64,000 nucleotides of DNA. It comes from the human T2T-CHM13v2.0 reference genome, Homo sapiens. Location of the stretch: assembly GCF_009914755.1 (NCBI RefSeq), contig NC_060926.1. One strand, given 5' to 3'. The first letter of the stretch is position 1, and each line of letters starts with the position of its first letter. Position numbers and translations under genes: made by a program. Shown here one piece after another: positions 1 through 14,410 of the stretch. The notes below the pieces were generated by a model. It was not told where the DNA came from. It worked only from the letters and a program-made list of their open reading frames with translations, and did not search any database.

Positions 1-69
1 GGCAACTGAAGAAAAATGAGGTACTACGTACAGTGGAACAATTATATGAATGTACACTGATTTCACATC

Positions 70-380
70 TAAATTATGAAAACTAAAAGACATGAGAAAA
101 CTTAAAAATGATGAGAGGGGAAAACAACCAACCATAACAACTGCATAAACAAACAAGCAAAAACCCTCAACTCATAATTTTAAATCCAGAGAAAATATAT
201 TTTAAGAATAAAAGTATAGATATTTTTAGACAAACAACACTAAGACATTTCACCGCCAGCAGATTTTCGGTACAAATGAAACTAAAGGAAACTAGGCGGG
301 CTAAAGGAAAATTATACCAGATGGAAACTAACTCAGGACAAGATGAAGATAACCAGAAACACCTAATATGTGGATACTGT
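70..380 (+). mobile_element. Old L1M (L1ME/MD-like) fragment, ORF1 3' region
   Basis: A-rich, decayed similarity to the L1 ORF1 C-terminus (…AAAGGAAAATTATACCAGATGGAAAC…). Boundaries approximate. Confidence 0.5.
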
Positions 381-1689
381 TGGCTGTAGCGTAGATTTAA
401 AAAAACAAACACACAAAAGGAATACAAAAAAAGAGTTAATATTTTAAGACATCTATACACGGAGATAGCAGAGTTTGGGGTCCTTGGGTGGTTCTGATTT
501 ATTTTTTATGTTGATTGAATTCATCAGAAAATAATTTGACTTGGTAGTTCATGTTTATATTACCTTATATTAATTAATATTTTTGTCCCTTTCATTTTTC
601 TCATTGTTCTACCCCATCCCCTTAAAAATTACAATAAATTTTTAAGAAGTCCACACATTGAAAAATCTGTAAGTTATATTAGACAGGAAGTTATGTAGTA
701 ATGAAGCTAAGTGAAGCTCTTTGCTCAAATTTAAATGTAACCAGATGACCTAAGTAAATATATTAATTGAATTAAAATTTAATTTGTTGTAGAGCTATCC
801 TTTGTTTAATTCTGTATTTATAGGTTAACTAGTGCTGTAAATCTGTAAAACAAACCAAAACAGTACATAATGCCATACCTCAATCTTTACTTAACACAAA
901 CATCAACTCCAAATTAAATAAATGTTGTACTAAAACCCATTAAGTGTAGCAACGTGAGATCTATCAGGAGAAATATAAAATAAACAGTGATAAATCATTT
1001 TAGTAATAAGATGTCATTTTATATCTTACTACCGAAACACAATTCCTCTAAACTGACAAATGAATCTATTATCTTAAAAATGAAGGCAAATGTAAATTCT
1101 AATCAACTTTGAAATCTCTTTCATTTTTCCCATTATTTAAGTATTCTTGTGTTTCCAGTTAAGTCATATTTTAGAAAATAAATAAATTAGCATTTTTAGA
1201 TTGAGAAATATGAATTCTACTTTATGATGGCACAGATTAGCAGAAACATGAAGAGGAAGAAAAAAGTACAGTTGATGTAACAATATGGCTCAAAGATTTT
1301 TTAAAAACCCTCTGTTTTCTCAAGTGACCACTGATTACTTGAATATATCTACCTCACAAGCTTTGAACATTAAATTTTCTCATTCAAGAAACTGGTGTTA
1401 AACGTATTTGTACTATTCACTCCACATGAGCTTTCTGAATATCGTATGAACTAATGGATAACTAAATAAAGATTAAAAAGCAAAACCTTGGTGATCTTTT
1501 AAAATGTATTCCTGTATTGTCAATTTTATGTGCACACAAATACACACATTTTTATTAATGTAAATGTTTATTGTGAATAGTTTTTATACACTATGGGTTT
1601 GATTTATTTTAGCTAATAATTCTTTGATCTGTCCTTTAGATTTCCTTTATGAGATAAAATATGAATGACTAGGTGCAAAAAGATACCTG

Positions 1690-2157
<468 letters not shown>

Positions 2158-4374
2158 TCACAGAAATAACAAAATTCCCAATGACATTTTAGGGACAATT
2201 TGATTAAGAACCTAAGAGAATAGATTATTATTCAATTGGTGGACACTGTTGGTTAAAAAAATGACTTTGAAAACTGTAAAGCATTATACAAAAAAACTAT
2301 CAATGGCAGTGTCTTGCATTGTCTTACATAAGTAGATACTCATACATATCTATCAGGTGAATTAATATTATTTAGGAAGCAAGTATGACATATTACATAC
2401 TTTCCCCATGATCTATAGTATGTAATACATAAGTAGTAGAACAAGAGACAGAGCTTTAACACATTAAGCACCAGCTTTTATCTATGTATTACAACTTGTC
2501 TTTCTATTCACAGCTAAGCTCCTGTTAACTAAAGTTAGACATTAGTTAACTGGATTATTAATGTCTTCACATCACATTTAAGACGACAGTTACCTTCTCC
2601 ACTTAATAAGGTACTTGAACTGTATAAACAAGCTGTTTGCGTATTGTACCCCAGGAAGAACTAGAGTCAACCCTCTAAGCTTGCAATTATCTCATTATGT
2701 CTGTAAATATGGAAATGAATAAATTCAAGGAATAACTAGGTATACTGTAAACTTGTACTTTGCCATTCCTTTCCAGGGTGTTATACAACATGTTATTTGA
2801 TGAGCAAGAGAGGAAAATTAATTGTATTTTCAGCTTCTTCTGTGTAAGGTTCTTATTCTTGGGTTTCATTCATTTGTTTGATATTGAGTAGAATACTTCA
2901 CATAACTCACTGCTTCACCTCACTCATGGGTCTCAATTCCGCAGTCTCCTGAGTGAGGCAAGAACCAGAAATGGAAGTTGCAAGGCCTTGAATTACTCGC
3001 TTTATTTGCTCACCTTAATATTCTACCCTCCCTACCAGTCTGCACAATGAAATCCAATTCCACTCCTGTGCCTATCTTGGTCCGTGACCCTACTTATAAT
3101 TATTTAGCTGGCCAGGCTTGAAGACACAGCCCTAACTTTCTCTTTAGCCTGCTTATTTTCAAATGTCCATGTTCAATCACTCTTCTGTCAGCATAAGTGA
3201 GAATTGGTGTCAGGAAACAGGAAAAGAAATAGTAATAAGGATCTTAGTCAAATGGTTAGAAATTTTTGGAAAATTATATAATGCTTTCAGTTAATTATCT
3301 CTAAGCACTTGGATTAGGGCTCACCTTTCTTTTACAATGATCATTTTTATTTCTAATTTGTAATGAATATTTATTTATTTTATAGGAATAATAAAAGAAA
3401 GAAAATCATTGTTCTTAATTTTTTTTTTAGACAGAATCATGTCTGTAGGGCCAGAGGTAAAACTGAGAAGCATTATTAGAGTTTTCAGATTAATCTTGGA
3501 AAAAACTTCTAAATCATCCTACTTCAAACAATTAATGCCTGGCCTACCATGGCCCAAGTAATTAGAAGTATATTTCCAATAATTAGGTTTAATTCTACTC
3601 AGGCTTTAGATGATCTATTTGGAGGCATGGATAATTGGGACTTGATTACATATAATATGTAATATATATGAAATTAAATATGATATTTAGTAAATTTATG
3701 CTAATAAATTATATATTGTTTGCATATACTATAAATTAGTATCTGTTTGTATATATACCAAAATTTTCAGCAAATATTGGCATTTAAATCTCCTTATAAA
3801 AATAATACTGTTGGTCAAAAAATAGAGTATTTTCTTATTTATAACTTCAAACAATCCTCCCAGTCCTATATAGAAGAAAGCAAGCCTTCTTAGTTCATTC
3901 ATTTCTCTCAGAGTAAAGCAACCATTGTTTTTTCCTGATTTAGAGGAGTAAGGTAACTCATGAGACGTTCCATGTAATCAGCTAGTAAATAGCATTTATT
4001 CTGAATTTGTAAACAGTACTTATTTTGAATTATATCCTAGAGATTAAGTATTGGCCAGTCAATTACATTTTACTGTACTATACCCAAATTACCAGGATTG
4101 ATTTGTTCGAATTTAGTCGCTAAGTAAATATTAACACTTCCCCTCAACAGATCTGCATTGCCACCAACTCCCTACTAGGTACTCTGCAAAATCATAGCCA
4201 ATCCTTAATGACAACAGAAAATAGCCCTCAGCAATGGGCCCCCAAGATTTCCACACTGTCCACAAGACAGAATTGATTGCTATTTCTTGCCTCAGCTATT
4301 CAATGAGTAAATGAAAGCAAGAGAAACAAGCTAAGAAAGAAATACTATTTCCCCATTAATACTTTTAATATATA

Positions 4375-5814
4375 CTCTTGAACTAAATGTTAGTAGAAAT
4401 ACGAATGTTAAGGGTGCTTTGGGGAAAGGCTCAGAAGGAAATAAGAAAAATGTCACTGGAGAAAGAAGAAAGATGATCTTTCTTATATAGTCAGAGAAAA
4501 CATGGCTTAATTGTGTCCTACAGCTAGGTAGAAAGCAGAACTTGTAAGCTGATAAGCTTAGATATTTAGCTGAGAATTCCAAACAAAGTGTTGAAGGTGT
4601 GGCCATGTTTCTTCTGTTGCTTACAGTAAAATGTAGGAAGAACAAGACAAATTGAGAGAGAAAATTTTAACCAAAAAGAAACCAGCATTTTATAACGGGA
4701 AATTTTTCAGCCTAGCCAGATTGCAAAGAACACTAAATTTAACCTCACTGTTAGGAAAGTGTGCTCTGGAGAAAAAGCAAAATGGACGGCTAGACAAGCA
4801 TTTATAGGATTTATAAGATTTATAAATCCACTCAAACACCTCAGCAGAAGCCAGGAAAAGAGATGGGATAATCCAAGAAATATCTGTGGAGGACCCTCTT
4901 GGCTCATTGTGTGACTCCCCATGACATACACAGAAGACCTACAAAATTTTTGAAAATATTGTATCAGCAGAAACACTATCAGTTGGACTGACAGGGACAG
5001 AGAGAGGACAAAATGAAGAAAGTTGTCAGATTTCCAAAACTCTACAGGATGGAAACAGGTTGATATTACTATTTGGCTGCAAATATTTTCTGTTCTTCGA
5101 GAAATACCCAGATGAGTGTGCCACAGGTGCAGAGACCCACAGAGACATGGGTGCAAAGGCCTATGGAGCTACAGCACTAAGGCAGAGGCTGGAAGCATAT
5201 TCATAGGTGCAGAAGTCAAAAGCAAAAACACAAAGGCAGAGACCTACTGAGCCACTAAAGGTACAGAGACAAAGGCTTACAGAAGTGCTGCTGGGGTCAG
5301 AAGCTATAGAGCTGTCTCAAATAGAGGCTTATGGAGCTGCCATGCTCCATATTTCACCTAACTAGTGAAATCATGAGCCCAGAAGGCAGAACCCCTAGCC
5401 ACAGAGGATTATACCCAGGCCTTGAAATCTAACTGAAGTTGGCCTGTTGGTTTTGAACATGCCTGGAACTGGTGATCCTTTTATTCCTTAATTTTTCTCC
5501 CTTTTGAAGTGGAAATATTTAAAACTGTTATCCTATCCCTATCCTGCCATTGTATTTTTAAAAATAACTTGTTTTCTACTTTCAGAGGTCCACAGATGAA
5601 GAGAAACTTTGCCCCAGGATGAGTAATACTCAATGTCTCACCCATACCTGATTTAGATGGTGACATCTGGGACTTTTAAGCTAATGATATTTAGGTGAGA
5701 TTGTGGACATAGAGTTACTGCTTTAATACGTTGAAGCTTTGTAGGATGTTGGAATGGGATAAATGTGTTTTGTGCATGAGGCAGATGTAAATTTTTAGGG
5801 CTCAGAGGGTAGAC
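4375..5814 (+). mobile_element. MaLR internal sequence (MLT1-int like)
   Basis: Typical MaLR-int segments (GCAGAACTTGTAAG…GATATTTAGCTGAG…CAAAGTGTTGAAGGTGTGGCC…GCTTACAGTAAAATG), ending in a purine-rich primer tract directly before the LTR. Confidence 0.8.
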
Positions 5815-6276
5815 TATAGTGAACTCAATGGTGGTTCTCAAAAGATATGTCAATGTCCTTATCCCCAGAACCTGCGAATGGTACCTTACTTAGAAAAAGG
5901 ATCTTTGCAGATGTAACTAAGACAAGGATCTTGAAATGAGAAGACTATGCTGCATTATCTGGCTGGGCCATAAATCCAATGGCAAGTGTCCTTATAAATG
6001 ATGCACAGAGGACAGCCACAGAGGAAGAAGCAATATGGGTACAGAGACAGATATTGGAAACATATGGCCATAAGCCAAAAAATAACTGAAGCCACCAGAA
6101 GTTGGAAAAGGCAAGGAATAGATTTATCCTTGGAGCTTTTAGAGGAAGTGCAGCTTTGCCCATCCCTCAGTTTTGAACTCTGGCATCCAGAACTGTATTT
6201 ATAGTGATAAATTTATATTTTTTTGAAGCCACTAAGTTTGTGGTATTTGTTACAGTCACCCTAGGAAAGTAATACA
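5815..6276 (+). mobile_element. MLT1C/MLT1B-like LTR (3' LTR of the MaLR)
   Basis: CAAAAGATATGTC…CCCAGAACCTGCGAATG…TTTGCAGATGTAA…GAAGCCACTAAGTTTGTGGTATTTGTTACAG…CTAGGAAAGTAATACA end. Confidence 0.85.
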
Positions 6277-6600
6277 GTGCTATAGCCCTTGCTTGGGACC
6301 TTGGGGAGAGCATGCCCCATCTTCTTGGCCATGGGCTCCTACAGTAAAGCTTCTATTATGCTGAGCTCGGGAAGGAAAAGAACAGATTATGACACAGGTA
6401 CTACATGCTCTTATTGTCTTACGAGATTTTGCGGATTTTCTTGAGTAAATGTTTCTTTATTTGCTGTATGCCTTTAGGACAATTTCCAGATACTTTATGT
6501 TTTTTACCCATTATTTTCACCAGTTATGGTTGTTTTATTGAGAAGCTGGTTCACCAAAGCCCTGCACACAGGCATTCCAAAAATGAATCTCCCAAAGTTT
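6277..6600 (-). mobile_element. Old L1M 5' region fragment
   Basis: Resembles the antisense L1ME/L1M4 5' region (TTTTCTTGAGTAAATGTTTCTTTATTTGCTGTATGCCTTTAGGACAATTTCCAGA). Confidence 0.4.
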
Positions 6601-9600
6601 GGTTTTTATTCCTGTCTAACTCAGATGAAAACAACACAAATACGTGAAATAGAGAAGTTTAGTTAAAATAGTCGTGTCTTTGTCAGCATATGGTGACAAA
6701 GATATTAGATATTTTTGAAAAAACTAAATGCCATGCTAGTCTATTTAGAGGAAAATATATAATTTTCCTTTACAAACTCATCCAGTAAGGACATAAAAAT
6801 GCAATGTGCTTAAAATGAAGCAACCTTCAGTAGCCTTATCAGATTTTTTCTCCCTAATGTTATATTCCAATAGAGGATTCTTCTTGCCCTCACACTATTC
6901 CAAGCAACATCCCTCATATTATTTCAACATACTCAAAATCGCTTTTTCAGAAAGAAAAAAAAGCTTAGCTTTGCTTTTTAATAGTATTTATAAGCATAAA
7001 AGTTGGATAATACTTCATCAGTGCTAAAATATGTCAGGCTCTTAAATTTTTGTAACTCCAACCCAAAAGCTTAACAATCTACATTTCCAGATGCTTGATT
7101 TTATCTAAATAATGCACATATCTTTTCAATCATCCACCCAGTATTCTTTCACTTTAGGTACACTCAGGAATGTTAATATTTCATTGTTTTTTTCCAAGTC
7201 CTGCAAAGAGTACTATAGAAATGATTGATATTCCAGAGAACTACATTAACAGATATGTTAGCTATTCATTCATCCAGTTTCTCAAATCAGAATTCTGCTC
7301 TCAAATCAATTCAGATCAGAAAAAGCTACAAATGTGAAATACATTTTACTCTTTCCAACACCAGGTGAATTTAAGAACTATTAATGCATAAATGCTAATA
7401 AAGTGTATGTTATTCTAATAAAAATTACACTTCTCCCATTAAAATAATTTGTTATAAATTAAACTAAATTAGAGTAACTCATAGGTATTTATTTGTTCAA
7501 TACAAGACTCAAAGTACAAAGTTTGGGCATGCTTACATTTTGGGGGGTTACACAAGGGAATAGTTTATACAAAATAATAAATAAATAGTTATGAAATTAT
7601 CTTTTCTAAAAAAAAAAAGCAGCAGCATAAAACCTAAAGCATTCTGACTGTAGGTAATAGTATTAACTTCAAGACAAATCTATACCAGTTTGGGAGTTCT
7701 AGAGGTAAGATATTTTAACTGTTTATCCTAGAGGTAACTTTCTGGTGTTACACTGGCAAGTTGCTGAGAAACCTCACCTCCTAAATAATTGTCCTGAATT
7801 TGATATGAAAATTTTACCTCTTACTTCCTTGGTTTCTGACATTATTAAGTTGTCAAAATTTCTGAAAGAAGGAAAAATTTAAGCCTTATTGCTTATTTGC
7901 ATTACCCTGATAATGCAAATTTAGCTGATATACAAGGTTAACCTGAGCTGGGTAGAAGCCTGGGCCACTGCTGCTTTTTAAGGATCCCAATATGCAAAAA
8001 AAGAAAAATCAGATTTATACAATGTTACAATTAGTTTGCATAGACTTAAGAGTATGCAAACTAATTGAAATATTAATCTGATATACTTTATGAATATCTT
8101 CTTACTGAAGAGCAAAAACATGTCTATGAGAACCAGGAGGGAAAAAAGAAGGGCAAAGAACATACAGGATATAATCCAAACAGAATAATTAATTACTGAC
8201 TTCAGTTTTTGGATATGAAAATTTTCTGTCTTCAAGGTTTTATTTTGGAAAGTCTTCCCCATCAAGTACATTTATTTAGAGCTTTTAATCAATAATAATT
8301 CATTGATAATAAGTATACATACATGCATACCTGTATGTATACATGTTTGTGTATATGTATGGACATATATAAATAAGCTATAAAATTAGAAAATAACTTT
8401 CAGTTAATTTGTATATATAATTCATGCTTTCAAATTATGTTTATATAATAATTATTCATGAACAATTTGTATCATTGTATATGTACATGCAGACTTTATT
8501 TAGGAGAATCAAGTTCCCATGCCTGTTAGATATTCAAAAAAATTTTTTAATTAAATAAGATTATATTTTAGGAAATTTAGTCTCTGTTTTTGTGCTTAAT
8601 TGGAGATTTTTCAGAGTTAATAGGCTTTCTCTGTTCAATAAATTCTATTACACTATGTTACAAACACAGGAAGACATAATTAAATGAGGAGTTATGCCCT
8701 GTTTTTATTTTGATATATTTCTCTTTTATAAAATTTGGTTTATTCTGTTAATCAAAAGCAACAAAACAAGAAATAAATTAACATTGAATCAAAAATTTGA
8801 GACACAATTCATTTTGGCCTCTTAGAATCTAATTCTGAAACTAATTCTCCAGCTAAATAATAAAAAGCTTTGGGTTCATGACTAATGACAAAGAATGAGA
8901 CAGAAATGCCAATATAGGAAATAATTGAAGTGTATGCATCAGTGTATTATACATTATCAATGTTTTGTTTTCATAAATGTGTATATATATTTTCTATATA
9001 TATTATTAAATAAAGCTCAAGATTATTTTTTCCTTTACTAACTAAATATTCTCAAACACTTGCTTTTTAACATCCTGTATGATAACCAACCACTGATAAA
9101 CAAATACTGACAAAATGTATCTAGATATCAATAAGAATTTGGTCAAAACCTGAGTCAGTCATAATTATTAATGCAAAAGAGAAGACTTCATTTATGGAAA
9201 AAAAGCAGTTATCTGGCATATAATATGTTACATTAGATGTAAATAATTAGAAAAGACTACTGTACTATATCCATATTTACAGAGATGTCATTTTATTAAA
9301 CTCACCTCAAGGCCTAGCTAATTGTTTACTTAGAGACTATACCTTTAGATTGGTTTTGAATTAATTCCAATGTGCTTTCTGAGCAATATAAATGGATCTG
9401 AAATAAAATTTTAATAATGTTTTGTAAGAGTTGGTATTACCATTGTCTCAGGAACTGAATGGATATTAAATAAAAGTTTCTTGATATAAATATCACTTAT
9501 GCGTTCATTACGTACTTCTAGTAAAATGCACTCTAAAACAATAAAATTTAGTGAGAGAAGAGACATATAACTGAAAGGAAAATCACATAAGTAAGACTTT

Positions 9601-11139
9601 TATTTTTAATATAGAAATGGTCATCAATTGTATCTTTCTGAACACAAACAATTATCAAGCATAGAAATATGATCAAGAGTAAGATGATAATTCATTCAAT
9701 TTATCAATCATTCTTTAGAGTCCACTTTCATGTGCAACAGTGTTCCAGGGATGAGGATACAAAATATAAGAGATACATTGGCAGAAGGAAGACCCACATT
9801 ATCTAATAGGAATGGTAGCTATGTGGAAGATGATAAAAGGTGTTACAGATTTCCCCTGCTTCTCACTCATAGTCATATCTGTGGATCAATAGGTCAAATA
9901 TATGAAAGAGAGACATCCACTAGTTATTTGAAAGAAAAAAATACAGGATCATTTTACTGTCAAGGCACTCCATTCATCTGTCCATATATTGCCTTGTGAC
10001 CTATTGTTTTCCTGTTGTCCTGCACTACACAATGAGCTCCTGGAAGTTAGAGATGTTTTCAGTATATAGTGCAGTGGTCCATGTGCACATAGTAATTTCT
10101 CAGTAAATATCCACTAGAAAAAAAAATCCACTGAAAGAAAACATGCTTCCCCACTTTCTTCATTGGTTACAGGGCAGTAGACTTCTTGATTACATTTTTA
10201 CACTACAAAGTGACCCACCCTAAGAAATGCCAGTGACAGCATCTGTGTTTACTGATCATCACAACCAATGTCTTGCAGTAAAATTTAAATTTGTTTGTTT
10301 TCTACAGCGATAGCAATGATTTTATTACACGGTATCTGCAAGTTATATTTTTTATTTAAATAACATTCAATGAGGGAAAATTCATGTCTTTTTAATAAAT
10401 TTGTAATTATTGTGAGTTATATTAAAACTCACTGATTTTTACTCATCTTTCGTTTTTATAATATTTACCTATTACTTAATAAACTAAGATATAATATTAA
10501 GAATATCTTCATATTATTGACATGAAAATTCTTATGAGGACATACTTTGGTTATCTAATTTAAATATGTATTTTAAGTTTTTATAGGCAAAAAATTTATA
10601 CACTATCTCAGAAGAAGTGGTTCTCTTTCAATTCACTACAATGGTGTTGTAACTTATTTGGGAGTGAAATTCTAAAGAAAGAAAACAATCCAATAGTGAT
10701 GTATTGAAAAAATTCGTGTTTATTTGGCTATGCATAACATAATGTTTTTCAAACTTAACTTTGTGTGGACAATTGTGCATAGTAATGTTTATGCACATGA
10801 AAATTTGAGAACCATGGAAACTACGAGAGTAAAGGGGAAAGAGTTAGAGTCTCTAGGTGGGTGGGAGGGTTTTCAAACCATCCTAGCTTTAAGATAACTA
10901 TTAAATTCATAGTGATTAATGGAAGTGGACTATGTACATGTGATTAAATAAGGTTTCTAGTGATTTGAATTTAACATCCAAATTTATATAGCATGCATGT
11001 GCCAAAGCTTAAAAAAAAGCTCTCACATTTCAGAGTAAATGGGAAATGGGTCCAGAATTCTAAGAGCTTAAACTTTATTAAAATATTTACTCTATGATTA
11101 TGTCTTTATAATTATTCCTCTGTCATTTTCTTGAATGTT

Positions 11140-11530
11140 AATACATTTGTTGGAGCCACTCACTGTTTGTTGTTCCTTGAACACACTAGGTATTCTTCAC
11201 CGTGTGAACTTCTGTTTCCTCCTTCTCCTATATTACCCTTCAACCATTAAGGCACATGGTTCATTTCTTATCTTCAGCTTAAATATTATTATTGGGGCAC
11301 CTCACAATATATATAATACCTTTTCTTGAACATTCCTTATTTTCCCATAGCACTTATCACTATTTGACGTTTACTTCTTTATTTATAGTTTTAAATTCCA
11401 TACTAGAACGTAAACTTCATGAGTTCATGAATTGGCTGCTGTTTGCTGCTCATTCCTAGACACTAGAAGAGTGCCAGGGCCACAGTAGGTTTTCCTTCAA
11501 TAATTACAGAATGAATGCATATATGAATTA
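11140..11530 (+). mobile_element. L2 3' end fragment
   Basis: CATAGCACTTATCACT…ACTAGAACGTAAACTTCATGAG…CACTAGAAGAGTGCCAGGGCCACAGTAGG…AATGAATG, a typical L2 terminus. Confidence 0.7.
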
Positions 11531-11693
11531 ATTAAACATTTAATACAGAGTAAACAAGGCAGAGTAGTCAATAGTTGTATATGTGTTAGCAACTCTACTT
11601 TCATTGAGTCTCGTGTGTGTTTGTGTGCACATACATGACCCTTATTCACAGAATGAAATATTTGAATCCCTTAAGTTCTAGGGTATTTAGTCA

Positions 11694-12497
<804 letters not shown>

Positions 12498-12888
12498 GAA
12501 ATATTACAAATGACTATAACCACAAATTTGATAACTTAGATGAAAGGGACCAAAACCCTTGGAAGATATAAACTACCAAACTATATTTTGTATTGTTCTG
12601 TTTTGATCTTAAGTCCTGGTCACCTAGTCTGAGATCTGAATAAAGGAGGGACCCAAAAATATTTATTGAAGAAATAATAAAAGAAATAATAAATACCTTG
12701 GAAGGGCATGAGCTTTAAAACAAGAAGATATGGAGATTTGTTACTTCAGGAGAAAAATAGAGAACACAATTATGTCTGTTATCAGAGACTGCTGACAACT
12801 AATAAGAATAATTTATACCAGTATTTATACAAAGGCATACAGCTTCATGAACAGTACAGCCATAACTCGGACTTTAACACTGATTAGA

Positions 12889-13193
12889 GGCCGGGCGCTG
12901 TGGTTTACGCCTGTAATCCCAGCACTTTGGGAGGCCGAGGCGGGCGGATCTCGAGGTCAGGAGATCTAGACCATCCTAGCTAACACGGTGAAAACCCGTC
13001 TCTACTAAAAATCCAAAAAATTAGCCAGGCGTGGCAGCGGGCGCCTTGTAGTCCCAGCTACTCGGGAGGCTGAGACAGGAGAATGGCGTGAACCCGGGAG
13101 GCGAGCTCGCTGTGAGCTGAGATTGCGCCACTGCACTCCAGCCTGGGCGCTAGAGCGAGACTCCGTTTCAAAAAAAAAAAAAAAAAAAAAAAA
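12889..13193 (+). mobile_element. AluY
   Basis: CTAACACGGTGAAA and GAATGGCGTGAACCCGGGAGGCG diagnostics, many CpGs retained, long poly(A), degenerate TSD AACACTGATTAGA / AATACTGTTTAGA. Confidence 0.96.
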
Positions 13194-13494
13194 TACTGTT
13201 TAGAATCCTGGAAAACTGCACAGAAATAAAAATAGATCAGAAAAGACAGTAGTTTCCAGGAAATAGAGCCATGAAAGCTTTAAGGAAGGGCAAAATAGTT
13301 CAGGGGACATTTGAAGAACTATGACAGAGTCTTCATTCTTTATTGAGGCAAAGGCAGGATCCAAGTATTTTTGACCTATCTATAAGGCAGTAATTCATTC
13401 AGATCAAGGCCAAAAGAATGAATGAGGTGGTAAAAAGGGTCAGGGTATTAAAGGTTGGGAAAGAAAAATGGAATGTTTATATATGTACATATGT

Positions 13495-13655
13495 ATTTAT
13501 TTAGTTTTAATTGACAAGTTATAATCGTGCATCAGTGAATGAATAGTTAAAGAAAATGTGGTAAATATACACAATGGAATACTATGTACCCTTACAAAAG
13601 AAGGAAATTCTGCCATTTGTGACAACATGGATGGAATTGGAGGACACTGTATTAG
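13495..13655. mobile_element. Short L1MA-type 3' UTR pieces in opposite orientations
   Basis: An antisense L1 terminus (TTTTAATTGACAAG…) joins a sense 3' UTR piece (AAGAAAATGTGGTAAATATACACAATGGAATACTAT…GACAACATGGATGGAATTGGAGGAC). Confidence 0.65.
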
Positions 13656-14229
13656 GAATAATATCTTGATAGATGTCTTAGACGCACATTCTGGATACTA
13701 AGTATCTGTAAGTCTTGGCATTACTTTCATAAAGAACCTGTTTTGGACTGAAGAATGATAAATCATACTTACCAGTGAAACTGATTATGAACATCACATT
13801 GGGCTGAACTGACTGACAACACAAAAAGAATTAGAACATTTCAAAAACCATACAGGAAGAGTGTAGAAAAAACATTGGCTAATTCACTATAGTGTGGAGA
13901 AGTCCACAAACAGCAATTGTTAGAATTATTTTCTAATGTCTAATAATATTTTACATGTATTTCAGAGGAAGAAAAAAATAAGATATTTTATAAAATGTGC
14001 ACCTTTCTGTGGAACAGCCAACAGGAACAAAACAAACATGCAAATCGAATATTTAAGTCATGCTGGAGGAAAGAAGGAATGAATAAAGTGCAAACCTGGG
14101 ACTGAGAATCAGTTCTAGGGACTGAAAAAACAGAAGTATATCACAAATCTTGATGAATAAATGAGAAAATTAAAAATGAGGATCCTCTAAATGTCATCCA
14201 GTTGCCGGAATTCATATTAGGCATTTTCG

Positions 14230-14410
14230 CAAGTATAATCTTAATTACTCCTTTCACAAAGGGTATGGATTAAGAATTATTATCTCCATTCTGTAAATAA
14301 GATCACTCAAGCTCAAAGAATGAGTCACTAAAATCATCTAATCAGAAAGGCACAGGTTTGTGTCTGAAAGCCAGGTTCTCTGATTGCAAGTGTCATTCTG
14401 TTTTCTTCAT
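14230..14410 (-). mobile_element. MIR fragment
   Basis: TTATCTCCATTCTGTAAATAAG…GCTCAAAGAATGAGT…CAGGTTCTCTGATTGCAAG resembles the antisense MIR core. Confidence 0.55.

Noticed and set aside
5140-5345. Degenerate short tandem units (…CAGAGGCT…TATGGAGCT…)
   Set aside because: Lie inside the MaLR internal sequence; not CRISPR-like, with no conserved repeat-spacer period.
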